From Octopus sinensis (lineage: Eukaryota), in NCBI RefSeq assembly GCF_006345805.1, contig NC_043002.1, positions 90,086,001 through 90,150,000 of the forward strand: DNA of 64,000 nt, in the 5' to 3' direction. Below, piece after piece: positions 13,016 to 24,607 of this stretch (the stretch's first letter is position 1; each line of letters begins with the position of its first letter). Below the pieces are notes generated by a model, which saw only the letters and a list, made by a program, of their open reading frames with translations, had not been told where the DNA came from and searched no databases. The position numbers and the translations under genes are program-made.

Positions 13016-13871
13016 CAGGGTGCGATGGGTAAATTGTCACCCATTTTATATTTCTAATTTTGTGCATGTACATTTGATTGCTTTTGATTTTGTTGACTAC
13101 ACAGTATAGTAGGGTTGGTTGGGTACTGTCTGTGAGAAAAACAACACCATGGTGCAATTCACTCTGCCAGAAATTTGGAAACGACATGCTGTACTGCATG
13201 ACATTCACGCTGGAAGCTCCAATATGAATATTTCAGAGTATTTGGGTGTCAATCTGAGGACATGTACTGAGAGTGATAAAAATCAAACATCCTTGTCAAC
13301 ATGATGGTGTTTGGACTGAATACTAGTGATGGCGACGTTATACCTCCATTCATCTTCCCACATGGCTTTACACTCAACACCGAGGCCTACATCAAGTGCC
13401 TGGGGGGGGGGGTGCTCTGTGTCAAGAGTGTGGCTGCTGGAACACCCTATATCTGGCAACAGGAATCTGCACCATGCCACAAAAGCAGGAGGACACAGTC
13501 ATGACTGTCAGACAATTTCTGTGACCACATCACCCCTAACATCTGGCCACCTAATGCCCCAGACTGCAATCCCTCCTTTTGATTATTATGTGGGGGGTGC
13601 AGTTGAGTGAAAGACCAACAAAACACCTTGATGAACTGAAGGCAAGTATTATGGTAGCATTCACCAACTTAAACAAGGAGACCATCCAGAAGAGTTGCAG
13701 GAGATTCCAATGGAGGCTGTGGTTGAAGCCAATGGTGATTTTGTTGAATAAATTTACTCTTTAGTATTTCAAGACATTTTTATGTAATTTTGGTAAATAT
13801 ATCAGTTAAAATGGGATGTCAATGTTATATTCCTTTTCACATAATTTAGATAACAGTTTATTCATTGCACC

Positions 13872-13874
<3 letters not shown>
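13016..13874 (+). mobile_element. Tc1/mariner DD37D (maT-like) element, internally deleted and frameshifted
   Basis: TA-flanked imperfect TIRs CAGGGTGCGATGGGTAAATTGT / CAGGGTGCAATGAATAAACTGT; peptide MVFG...PPFIFP...WQQESAPCH...DYYV. Confidence 0.88.
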
Positions 13875-13907
<33 letters not shown>

Positions 13908-13909
<2 letters not shown>

Positions 13910-14110
13910 CCGCATGTGTATCGTTGGTGATTTTCTTTCTCCGTTTTCCCTTCTTTAGACCTTTCCTTTTTCTATGTTTCTGATGAAGGGCTCTGCTTGA
14001 AACATTAAATCCTCCTTCTTTCTTTCCTTTCCTGAGCGTCCAATAACACTATACTTGTTCCACATCCTTGTGTTGTTGTGTTTTCTCTTTGTTCATGTTT
14101 GAATTATTAA
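13908..14110 (+). mobile_element. Penelope-like terminal fragment with decayed hammerhead (13976-14010)
   Basis: GTTT-CTGATGA-agggc(tct)gctt-GAAA-catt-aaat next to (TA)n. Confidence 0.4.
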
Positions 14111-14226
14111 CACCAAATATATAGTGCGTGTGTTTTTATTGGCTAAACTGGCAAAATGACCATTCCTAAATACAACAACATCTGTTTCAACACACGATGA
14201 TTTCACATCAAGAAACTTGCAAAACA

Positions 14227-14273
<47 letters not shown>

Positions 14274-14275
14274 TA

Positions 14276-14315
<40 letters not shown>

Positions 14316-14316
<1 letters not shown>

Positions 14317-14532
14317 GCGGCGAGCTGGTAGAAACGTTAACACACCGGGCGAAATTCGTCTGTCGTTACGTTCCGAGTTCAAATTCTGCCGAGGTCGACT
14401 TTGCCTTTCATCTTTCGGGGTCGATAAATTAAGTACCAGTTACGCACTGGGGTCGATGTAGTTGACTTAATCCCTTTGCCTGTCCTTGTTTGTCCCCTCT
14501 GTGTTTAGCCCCTTGTGGGTAGTAAAGAAATA
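14316..14532 (+). mobile_element. SINE family B inside (TA)n
   Basis: Family B sequence with a small deletion in the head. Confidence 0.9.
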
Positions 14533-14645
14533 TATATATATATATATAATATATATATATATAAAAGGATTTTATAGACTTTTGAGAGAATGCAAAATAA
14601 TTCTTTTAGAGATCATTGGATTTCAAGGTGCATCACATAAATAAT

Positions 14646-14840
14646 ATCATCATCATCGTTTAGCGTCCGTTTTCCATGCTAGCATGGGTTGGACGGTTCT
14701 ACTGGGGTCTGTGAAGCCAGAAGGCTTCATCAGGCCCAGTCAAATCTGGCAGTGTTTCTACGGCTGGATGCCCTTCCTAACGCCAACCACTCCGTGAGTG
14801 TAGTGGGTGCTTTTTACGTGCCACCCGCACTGGTGCCAGA
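14646..14840 (-). mobile_element. family D 3' fragment
   Basis: (GAT)n tail; includes GTGCTTTTTACGTGCCACCCGCAC, the seed motif of the 52-bp satellite. Confidence 0.85.
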
Positions 14841-14895
14841 CATGTAAATATTGAGTTGAAAAACCTATTGGGATAGAAAATGTCAAACATATGCC

Positions 14896-14930
<35 letters not shown>

Positions 14931-14931
14931 G

Positions 14932-15324
14932 GGGGAAGCACTGGGAAGCACTCCGTCGGTTACGATGATGAGGGTTCCGGTTGATCCGAATCAACGGAAC
15001 AGCCTGCTCGTGAAATTAACGTGTAAGTGGCTGAGCACTCCACAGACCGTGCACCCTTAATGTAGTTCCCGGGGATATTCAGTGTGACACAGAGAGTGAC
15101 AAGGCCGGCCCCTTGAAATACAGGTACAACAGAAACAGGAAGTACGAGTGAGAGAAAGTTGTGGTGAAAGAGTACAGCAGGGATCACCACCATCCCTGCC
15201 GGAGCCTTGTGGAGCTTTAGGTGTTTTCGCTCAATAAACACTCACAATGCCCAGTCTGGGAATCGAAACCGCGATCCTATGACCGCGAGTCCGCTGCCCT
15301 AACCACTGGGCCATTGCGCCTCCA
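14932..15324 (-). mobile_element. tRNA-derived SINE family C, full length
   Basis: Minus strand TGGCCCAGTGGTTAGGGC (A box) and GGTTTCGATTCC (B box); body matches 46960-47272. Confidence 0.88.
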
Positions 15325-15944
15325 CCTATATATATATATACAAGGGTGATATCCAGAGATCCGAGTGTAGGAAATTTGTAAGTTTCAAGCAGTCCATAGC
15401 AAGCATAGACAAGTGGACAATAACAATTTATTGGTATTGAAAGTTGCACACTTTTTTTCCATATTGAAGTTACAAGGAAATTCAATGTGCTGATAGTTTC
15501 TATATAGTTCACAGTTGGCAACCAGAGTTGCCACAAATGCAAATATAAATCCAAGTTGAGGGAGTGGAATGGGTAAAATTCAGTCTGCATATGTTTCTTA
15601 GCTAAGTGACCCTCCGATGTAATAGTTACTCAATGAGGTGTGCTCAACTTAGCTAATCATCAGGCCAAAATTACCTTAATTAAATGAAGGTTACACTGTC
15701 GCTTGGAATTTCCAAGTTAACTCACTGCAAATGTGAGTTGAACTGAACTGAAAAGCTAGAATTGTAGAATAAAAAACCAAAATTCAAAATGATAAAAAGG
15801 TGAAGTATTTAAAGGGAAAGAATGACGTCAAATATGTAGGAGTGGGAGTTATAGAGTTGATGGGAATGAAGAAAAAGAGAGAGGGTAAGAAAGAGGAGGG
15901 ATAAAAGAGCTGATAGTTGTCATTAAGGGGAAAATTAGTGGTTA

Positions 15945-16344
15945 CTAGCAGTATCGCCCGGTGTTGCTCGGGTTTGTAAGGGAAATAACTATATAAGCAT
16001 TTTTAGAGAGTTATAGCCAAAAAATAGCAAAAAAATGCATTAAAAATGGAAAAAAACTGATGGTAAATTTTTTTTAAATCGTTGACTCATCGTAGACATT
16101 TTTAGAGAGTTACTTCCCTTATATAATAGCGAAAAAAATGCATTAAAATGGAAAAAACATGATGGTAAATTTTTTTTAAATCGTAGACTCATCGTAGACG
16201 CGCGCTAATACCCAGAAGGGCTCGATATGAATCACGACTATAAGATACCCACTTTTGGTTACACTGCACCGCAAAATGTGGGAGTAGTTAGGAAACTAAA
16301 TCGTAGGAGACAGACACACAACTTCACTTTTATAAATATAAAGA
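15945..16344 (-). mobile_element. non-autonomous Helitron
   Basis: Minus strand starts A|TC and ends with a GC hairpin CCCGAGCAACACCGGG then CTAG|T; no TSD; three copies in the window. Confidence 0.85.
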
Positions 16345-17479
16345 TATACGTTTAACAAAGACAGACGAAGATAAAGACTGGTTGGCTACTAAGTGTTGAT
16401 CTCTTAGCAGAGAATAGCCGCTGCTGGTACAGTACATGTGTGTATGTGTTTGGGTGTTTGCGTATTTGATATTGTTTGTTTATGGGTTTGGTAAGGCAAA
16501 GTATAAGACTTAAATAATATGTACTGAGTTTGATATGAGCAATTAAAACCTTTCAGGATGGTGCTCTAGCATATTCACATTCAAGTACCTGAAACTTGTC
16601 AAAGAATATATGAATTTAATTTTAATGAAGATAATAATGGCTTATCAATCAGTCTGTTTCATTACTGCATTACAGAAGGAAATAAATTTATGAAATGATA
16701 TCTCCATTGATTATTTCCTTGTTTGGTTATTTGAAACTTGTGATGCTCCATTTAGAATTCTGCAACACCAGGTAATGTAACCATTAGCCAATCAACAGTA
16801 AATGTGGTATAGCACAATTCCATGGAGTTTCTTGTAGCAATGGTAGTAAACCGAATATACCATGGAGCTAGGAACCAACTGGTCAATTCCCTGGAGTTTT
16901 TATTTTATTTTGTGGTGGTGTTGTTGTTGGTGGTGGTGTCAGTGATAGAATGAAGTAATATCTAAAGTGCTGTTTCTCACCAATTCTGTCAACTCTACAA
17001 GATATTTGTCATGCTGTAAACATTAAAAACAGTAAATTGTTCAACATTTATTCAACTACCGCTTCCTCCCCACTTCTTCCCCCCTCCTCCTCCTCCTCCT
17101 CTCTTTCTCTGTCTCTCGCTCTCTGTGTCTCCCTCACCCACGCATACCTTCATATTCCCATTATTGTTTCACATTTAATATTTACACATTATTTCTTATC
17201 ACTATAAAAGACACACCACATACACACAGATATACACACACATGCATGTACCAAAGCATATGCACTAAGTGCTAGTACAGCCCTCTCTCCTGCCAATTGT
17301 CACATTCTGATGTTTAGCTGGGTCAACATGAGAGGGCCAACAGGGTGATTTCGTCTCCTGTCAACTACTTAGGCACCTAAAATAATAAACAAAAGTATGA
17401 TACATGCTACCAAATCCTACTTGCATATGAATGATGGCTAAGTTTTTAACTCTTCCTGTAATTGTTATTTGGGCAGATA

Positions 17480-17700
17480 AAGGTGGTTGGCTAGCAGAAT
17501 CATTAGAGTGTTGGAAAAAATGTTGAGCTGTATTTCTTCTGATCCATTAGGTTCTCAGTTCAAATACTGCCAAGGTTAACTTTACCTTTCATCCTTTCGC
17601 TGTTGATAAAATAAGTACCAGCCAAAGCCTAGAGTTGAAGTAACCAACTTGCTCGCACCCTTCAGAATTGCTGGCCTTGTGCCGAAATTTGAAAGAATTA
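17480..17700 (+). mobile_element. SINE family B, old (alternative tail)
   Basis: CCTTTCATCCTTTC...GATAAAATAAGTACCAG...TTGCTGGCCTTGTGCC. Confidence 0.7.
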
Positions 17701-17995
17701 TTTGGGCAGGTAGAAACTGTCATGTGCTATTGAGGTAAATGTCTAAAAGTAACTTTGTCTTGTTATGTTATGAGTTCAATCTCATTAGAACCAGGATTGT
17801 TTTTTTTAGCCCTCCATGATCTATGGAATAAGTGTCTGTCATAAATTGTGGTTGACTGAACTGACTATAACTTTCTTTAATAATATCTTACCATATTGCC
17901 AATATATGAAATCATTATTATTGAAGATCTGCCATCTTTAAAAAGATATACTTTGAATGTAACTAGTTGGATGTGATATGTGAAATTAGAAGTTG

Positions 17996-18411
17996 GGATC
18001 TTTTCAGTTTGAACGGCAAGTTTTTAACATAATTTCTAGGTAACTAAAAAATTTTTAATTTCGTATACGGGTAGAATGTGTTTATAAAACATCTTTTTCT
18101 CTTGGCTTTATTGAGAAAATTCTATAGTTTGTAAGATATTTGTTTTTTTTTCTTCAATTTCTGCAATTTCAACCAATCAGTGACGTCCATTGATTTAAAA
18201 AACATTCTGTGCCGTATGAATATGTCCTTCGTTTAAGAAACAGATTGGGTTTATTTACATTTCTGAAGAAAAAAAAGATACCCTTCCCTCACCCCTAAAC
18301 CTAACCCTAAAACAGATTGAAATGCAATAGATCGATACTAGGGTCATAATTATGGGTGTCAATTTCATATGACACCGCTAGAAAAAACTGCCGTTCAAAC
18401 CGAAAAGATCC
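17996..18411. mobile_element. MITE with ~29-bp TIRs and 8-bp TSD (Merlin-like, or possibly hAT)
   Basis: TIR GGATCTTTTC(A/G)GTTTGAACGGCA; TSD AGAAGTTG at 17988-17995 and 18412-18419; second copy at 63578. Confidence 0.9.
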
Positions 18412-18579
18412 AGAAGTTGTGCAGCAAAAATATATGTGATGTATTGAACATGTTGTCTGCATTTCATCATCTGTTGGTGCCATATATGACGCCAGTGGAT
18501 GATGAAACACTCTTGTGGAATGCCTCTTAGCATTTGGTCCAGTATGCAAATGATTCTGTCAGCTTACTGCCTTATGATA

Positions 18580-18780
18580 TATTGGTTTAAAATTTTGGCA
18601 CAAAGCTGGCAATTTTAGGGGAGGGGGTAAATTAATTACATTGACCTCAGCCTTTAACTGGTACTTATTTTATTGACCCCCAAAAGGAGGAAAAGCAAAG
18701 TTGGTCATGGTGGGATTTTAACTCAGAAGCTGAACACAGATAAAATGCTATTAAGCATTTTGCCCAGTGTACTGAAGATT
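18580..18780 (-). mobile_element. SINE family B, old (alternative tail)
   Basis: CTGGTACTTATTTTATTGACCCC...AACTCAGAA. Confidence 0.7.
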
Positions 18781-18864
18781 CTTCTATTTTACTGCTATCA
18801 AGAGAAGAAATTTTCAAGTGAATTAGCAAGGCAAAAGTATTGAACTGAAGTGAGAAAACTTTTA

Positions 18865-19260
18865 TTTACTCTTTACTCTCTTTTACTTGTTTCAGTCAAT
18901 TGACTGCGGCCATGCTGGAGCACCGCCTTTAATCGAGCAAATCTTTTGTAAGCCCAGTACTTATTCTATCAGTCTCTTTTGCCGAACTGCTAAGTAACGG
19001 GGACATAAACACACCAGCATCGGTTGTCAAGCAATGCTTGGGGGACAAACACAGACACACAAACACACACATGCATATTTATATATACATATATACGACG
19101 GACTTCTTTTCAGTTTCCGTCTACCAAATCCACTCACAAGGCTTTGGTCGGCCCGAGGCTATAGTAGGAGACACTTGCCCAAGGTGCCACGCAGTGGGAC
19201 TGAACCCGGAACCATGTGGTTGGTAAACAAGTTACTTACCACACAGCCACTCCTGTGCCT
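18865..19260 (-). mobile_element. SINE family A, young
   Basis: Full length. Confidence 0.92.
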
Positions 19261-19422
19261 ATTTTAGTATTTTATTTTTATGCTTTTTGTATATAAGGCA
19301 AAAAGAATCTTTGAGAACAATTTTTTAAGCATTTGTGTTATAGTATATAATTATCGCATAGTGCCATAGGAGTATTGGATGAGGGCTAGCTAATATTAAA
19401 CAGCGGAGACCATCATATTGTG

Positions 19423-19995
19423 CAGTGGTTTTCAACCAGTGTTCATATGGTGCCTGACAGTCCATATGTGAATTTTGGGGGTTCATGCAACAAAAATAGT
19501 AAACTGGGGATCTACAATAGCATTTTAAGGGCCTGTGAAGAAATGTTGCTTTAGATGAATGTATTTCTAGGTATTGTAACAAACAGCTGTGTTCCTTTCT
19601 CTAACATTTTACATAGTTCTACCTACACAAGTTAACCCTTTTGATACCAACCCACCTGAAACTGCCTCTGGCTCTGTTGTACAAATGTGTTTTCAAAAGT
19701 TCTGAATTAAAATCTTCTACCAAACCTTAGTTACAATTTATGTTCCTAATACTAGCTTAAGGACAACTAAGTTATTTTACTAAATTCTATGTTGTATTTA
19801 AAATTAATTCAAAGCAGCAGAAAGTATCTCAACAGAAATATGGTAAGAAAAGGGTTAATGTGTGAAAAACAAAATAGGAATTTTGAAGGAAGTTTCTATA
19901 AAACTACTTCCCAAATATGAAATAATTATGGGGTCCACCAGAATAAAATAGTAACCAAAGGGGTCCATAGATTAAAAAATGGTTGAAAACTCCTG
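19423..19995. mobile_element. hAT-type MITE containing a piggyBac-like MITE
   Basis: TIRs CAGTGGTTTTCAACCA / TGGTTGAAAACTCCTG; degenerate 8-bp TSD ATATTGTG / ATATAATG. Confidence 0.75.
19636..19854. mobile_element. piggyBac-like MITE
   Basis: TTAA|CCCTTTTGATACCA ... TGGTAAGAAAAGGG|TTAA; homologous copy at 28839. Confidence 0.85.
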
Positions 19996-20312
19996 ATATA
20001 ATGTCTAATTAGGGCTGACATATTGCTAAGCAACAAAAACAACAGCACCAGTTAACATGTAGTGCTATAAGTTTGCTCGATTCAAAGCTGGCCCCAGCTT
20101 AAATAATATCATCATATTTGATCACCAATGGCCAAATTGAAATAGTTAAACGATTTGAATTACTGAAATTTGACTATTTTATATATTGTACATTTTGAAT
20201 TCCTTAAAGAAAATAAGTAAAATTTTTTTTTTGAAATTATGTGGAACCAGAGAAATTTAAAAAGACATTTTTGGGCCTTCTTTTTTGTTTGTTTTTTTTT
20301 TTTTGAGCACAA

Positions 20313-20466
20313 TACTCTCTTTTACTCTTTTACTTGTTTCGGTCATTTGACTGCGGCCATGCTGGAGCACCGCTTCTAGTCAAGCAACTCGACCCCGGGA
20401 CTTATTCTTTTTGTAAGCCCAGTACTTATTCTATCGGTCTCTTTTTGCCGAACTGCTAAGTGACAG
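20313..20466 (-). mobile_element. 5'-truncated SINE family A
   Basis: Tail portion only. Confidence 0.88.
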
Positions 20467-21149
20467 TGAAATTAATTCAAAGCTGCAGAAAGTATCTCAA
20501 CAGAAATATGGTAAATTAGAAATGAGAAATGTCTTCTATATAATCCAAAAATAGTTTTCAGAAGTTGTGATTGTTTTCAAACAACTAAATTGAGTTTATT
20601 GGCACCATATGCTTTTATGTCCATGGAAAAAAAAAAAATATTGTGCATGTCCAACATCATAGTGAATAAAAAGTCATAAAGAGCTAATTATCTCAAAATT
20701 AACCTAATCTTAGGTATTGCATGTTGGGAATTGTCTCCCATGTGACTTCTCTGTATTGAAAATTTCCTTTCACTTAATCTTTTGAAAGAAACCAGACAGA
20801 GGCTTGACACAATATGTTCCATAAAAAATGGCACATAATGAGAAAAACAAAAATTAATGTTTTCCATCATGGAAACCATATATTTTGGGATTTTCAAACA
20901 TTTTGTTTCTAAACAGGATAAATCACATTTCAACTGAATAGTCATAAATTATTAACTGTAGAATACTTCAGTCTTTTTTTTTATCCCATAAAAGCATCAT
21001 GTGAAAAGAATGATCTTATATTCCCCTTGAAAAAAAAATCCTTTAAAGACCCTTTGTGATGTCTTTTTTGTTGTCTTTTTCTTATGCTATTACAGTTTTA
21101 GGAAATTTAAATCAAGTTTTATTATAAACAGTTATTGTTATATTGTACT

Positions 21150-21669
21150 ATCATCATCATTGTCATTTTTTCCGTGGGTCAAATGGATTTTCTAGGGCTG
21201 GATGTTCCTGCAGTTGCCAACCTTTACCTGTTTCCAGGCAAAGCAATATTTCTTCATGGCGAGACATTGTTTCCACAGAAGACTGGAAATGAACAACATT
21301 GCTTGTATGACAGTGATGCTTGTTTACAACTGTCATGTGATGTTACACACACACATATACACACACATGTACACATATATGACAAGCTTCTTTCAGTTTC
21401 TGTCTACCAAATCCATTCACAAGAGTTTGGTCAGACCATGTCTATTACTCTTTTACTTGTTTCAGTCATTTGACTGTGGCCATGCTGGAGCACCACCTTT
21501 AGTCGAGCAAATCAACCCCAGGACTTATTCTTTGTGAATCTAGTCCTTATTCTATCGGTCTCTTTTGCCGAACTGCTAAATTACGGGGATGTAAACACAC
21601 CAGCATCGGTTGTCAAGCAATGTTGGGGGGACAAACACAGACACACAAACGTATACATACACACACACA

Positions 21670-21705
<36 letters not shown>

Positions 21706-22015
21706 TATAATATATATATATAATATATATATATATAATATATATATATAATATATAATATATACGACGGACTTCTTTCAGTTTCCATCTACCAAATCCA
21801 CTCACAAGGTTTTGGTCGGCCCAAGGCTATAGTAGAAGACACTTGCCCAAGGTACCACGCAGTGGGACTGAACCTGGAACTATGTGGTTGGTAAACAAGC
21901 TACTTACCACACAGCCACTCCTATGCCTATTGTAGAAAACTCTTGCCGAAGGTGCTGTACTGTGTATCTGAACCTAAGACCACAGGGTCCACAAGCAAGC
22001 TTCTGAACCACATGG
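21150..22015 (-). mobile_element. old SINE with A head and D-type tail, interrupted by a young family A copy (21446-21929)
   Basis: 21150-21440 matches 54840-55340 in reverse; the head resumes at ~21930. Confidence 0.7.
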
Positions 22016-22074
22016 TCAAATTGCTGGCCTTGTGACAAACTCTGAAATCAATTTATTATCATCGACTATAAGTA

Positions 22075-22262
22075 TACTGCACAAAATGCTTAGTGGCATT
22101 TCATCTGTGTTTACTCTCTAAGTTCAAATTTCGCTGAGGTTGACTTTGCTTTCCATCCTTGTGGGATCAATAAAATAAGTACCAGTTGAGCACTGGGGTC
22201 GATATAATTGACTTACCCACTTCTCCAAAATTGCTGGTCTTGTGTCAAAATGTGAAACCAAT
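22075..22262 (+). mobile_element. SINE family B (alternative tail)
   Basis: AAATGCTTAG...AAATAAGTACCAGTTGAGCACTGGGGTCG...TTGCTGGTCTTGTG. Confidence 0.75.
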
Positions 22263-22689
22263 ATGTTACCATTGATCTGATTTACCAACCTTATGATATG
22301 TTCTCTATAGTTGATACTAACTTTATAATAAGAATCAATTCTTTGCACGTACGTTTTTTTATTATTTTTACTATTACTACCACATTGGTAAGAATCAATT
22401 CCCCTTCTATTGATTGCCTCAATTTCTATCAATCTTGATCACAGGACAAAAACGAAGAATCTATAAATAAGTAAAAGAAAAAATACCCACCCCACTTGTT
22501 CATACAACCCTCACCAGCTTAATATCTTTTTCTTTGTGTTTTGTTATCTGTTAATACCTCAGAAATGTTCCTTTAGCTGTACAGTCAGATTTGTATTTCT
22601 TAGAATTATCTTGATCGTTTCTTTTAAAAGTAATATCTATTTGTGGGACCAAATATTAGTAACTAAAGAAAAGGTAAAAAGAAAGGGTA

Positions 22690-23500
22690 AACCAGTTGTG
22701 AATTACTTCCACCAGATAAGCAATTGCAAAGTCTTGCCAGTTATGCCACAACACAATACAAGCAGTTGTGAATCAGAGCATTAGATTTGCGGTTATGAAT
22801 TAGAGTCACCAGATAAGCAGTTGTAAATTAATGTCACTACATGAGCAGTTGTGTAATAGTGGTACTAGATGACCAGTTGTGAATTAGTGTCACCAGATGA
22901 GCAGTTGTGTATTAGTGTCACCAGAATATCTATTGTGAATAAGTGTCACCAGATAAACAGTTGTGAATCAGCTTCACCAGCTGAACAGTTGTGAATCAGC
23001 TTCACCAGATGAACAGTTGTGAATCAGCTTCACCAGATGAACAGTTGTGAATTCATCCCACTAGATGAGTAACTGTAAATTAGTGCCACCAGATGAGCAG
23101 TTGTGAATCAATGTCACCAAATGAGCAGTTGCAAATCAGTGTTACTGGATGTGTGGTTGTGAATCAGTGTCACCAGATGAACAACTGTAAATTAATGTCA
23201 CTACATGAGCAGTTGTGTAATAGTGTCACCAGATGAGCAGTTGTGTATTAGTGTCACCAGAAGATCTATTGTAAATAAGTGTCACCAGATGAACAGTTGT
23301 GAACCAGCTTCACCAGATAAACAGTTATGAATTTATCCCACTAGATGAGCAACTGTAAATTAGTGTCACCAGATGAGCAGTTGTGAATCAGTGTTACTGG
23401 ATGAGTGGTTGTGAACCAGTGTCACCAGATAGGCAACTGTAAATTAGTTTCACTGGAGGAGTAGTTGTGAATTAGTGTCACCAGATGAGCAATTACAATT
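22690..23500. repeat. 28-bp minisatellite, ~28 units
   Basis: Consensus GCAGTTGTGAATYAGTGTCACCAGATGA; period seen at 22985, 23013 and 23041. Confidence 0.92.
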
Positions 23501-23887
23501 ATGACATGAAATGAAAAATGAAAGAACAAGAAAGAAAGCCAAAGTGAAGATGGAAATCTTTAAAGAATAGTAAAACCTAAAACCTAAATATCAACATGTA
23601 CTTTTGGTTCGGGAACACTGAAACAAGCTTTTGAGGAAGGCATCAATAAGTTGTTTTATCTCTAACATCGTTAACAATAGAAAATACACGGTTTTTTTCT
23701 CTTAGATTCTTCCTTTTAGATGAAATATTGAAGTATTGGAAATGCATATTTTTATCATCAAACACATGCATACACAAAACATACACACACACATACACAC
23801 GCACACATACATACATGCACACACTTTTACATGTTTATGCACACCCTATACAATTATGTATATATTTCTATTTTTCATATTTTGCTT

Positions 23888-23928
<41 letters not shown>

Positions 23929-24199
23929 CTACAAAATTGGTATTTTTTTCTTCTCCAAAATGTGATCTTCCTTAGTTATTTTCTTTGATATTCTTTGCTA
24001 GTTGATTTGCCATTTCATTTTAGGTTTATCCTAAGATCTCTTTATTCTTTCATAACCATGTACTAGTACAATGCAATCACATGTTCCAATTACATAAACC
24101 CATTTAGAGTTACAATACTTGATATAATTATTATTTACTACCTAACTCAATCTCCTGCTATAATTACATAACCATTTACAACCATGCCATAACAACTTT

Positions 24200-24600
24200 A
24201 ATCCTCCTCCCCCTCGTCCTCCTCCTCCTCCCCCACCCTCCCCCTCGTCGTCGTCATCATCATCATTGTCGTTGTCATCATCATCATCATCATTGTTGTT
24301 GTCGTCATCATTGTCATCTTCATTGAATGTCCATTTTCCATGCTGGCATGGTGGCATGGATTGGACATTTGACAACCTGAGAGCTGCTCAGGCTCCACTT
24401 GTCTGTCTTGGCATGGTTTCATCAGCTGTTACTGTTTCATCAGCTGGATGTCCTTCCTCCTGCCAACCACTTCACAAAGTGTACTGGGTGCTTTTAATAT
24501 GCTACTGGCACAAGTACTTTACACATAGCACCAGCACAAGTGCATCATATGTGTCACTGGCACAAGTGTATTTTATGTAGCACCAGACTAAATGCATTTT
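24200..24600 (-). mobile_element. family D element with expanded trinucleotide tail, grading into the satellite
   Basis: (CCT/CGT/CAT)n, then TTTTCCATGCTGGCATGG...GCTGGATGTCCTTCC...GGGTGCTTTT. Confidence 0.8.
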
Positions 24601-24607
24601 ACGTGCC

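Noticed and set aside
17270-17378. Minus-strand acceptor TTTTGTTTATTATTTTAG|GTGCC
   Set aside because: Stops in all three frames within 16 nt; cannot be supported as coding
22690-23500. CRISPR-like 28-bp repeats
   Set aside because: Contiguous degenerate tandem units without spacers
24142-24422. Poly-Asp/Gly/Met ORFs
   Set aside because: Trinucleotide tail expansion of a family D element
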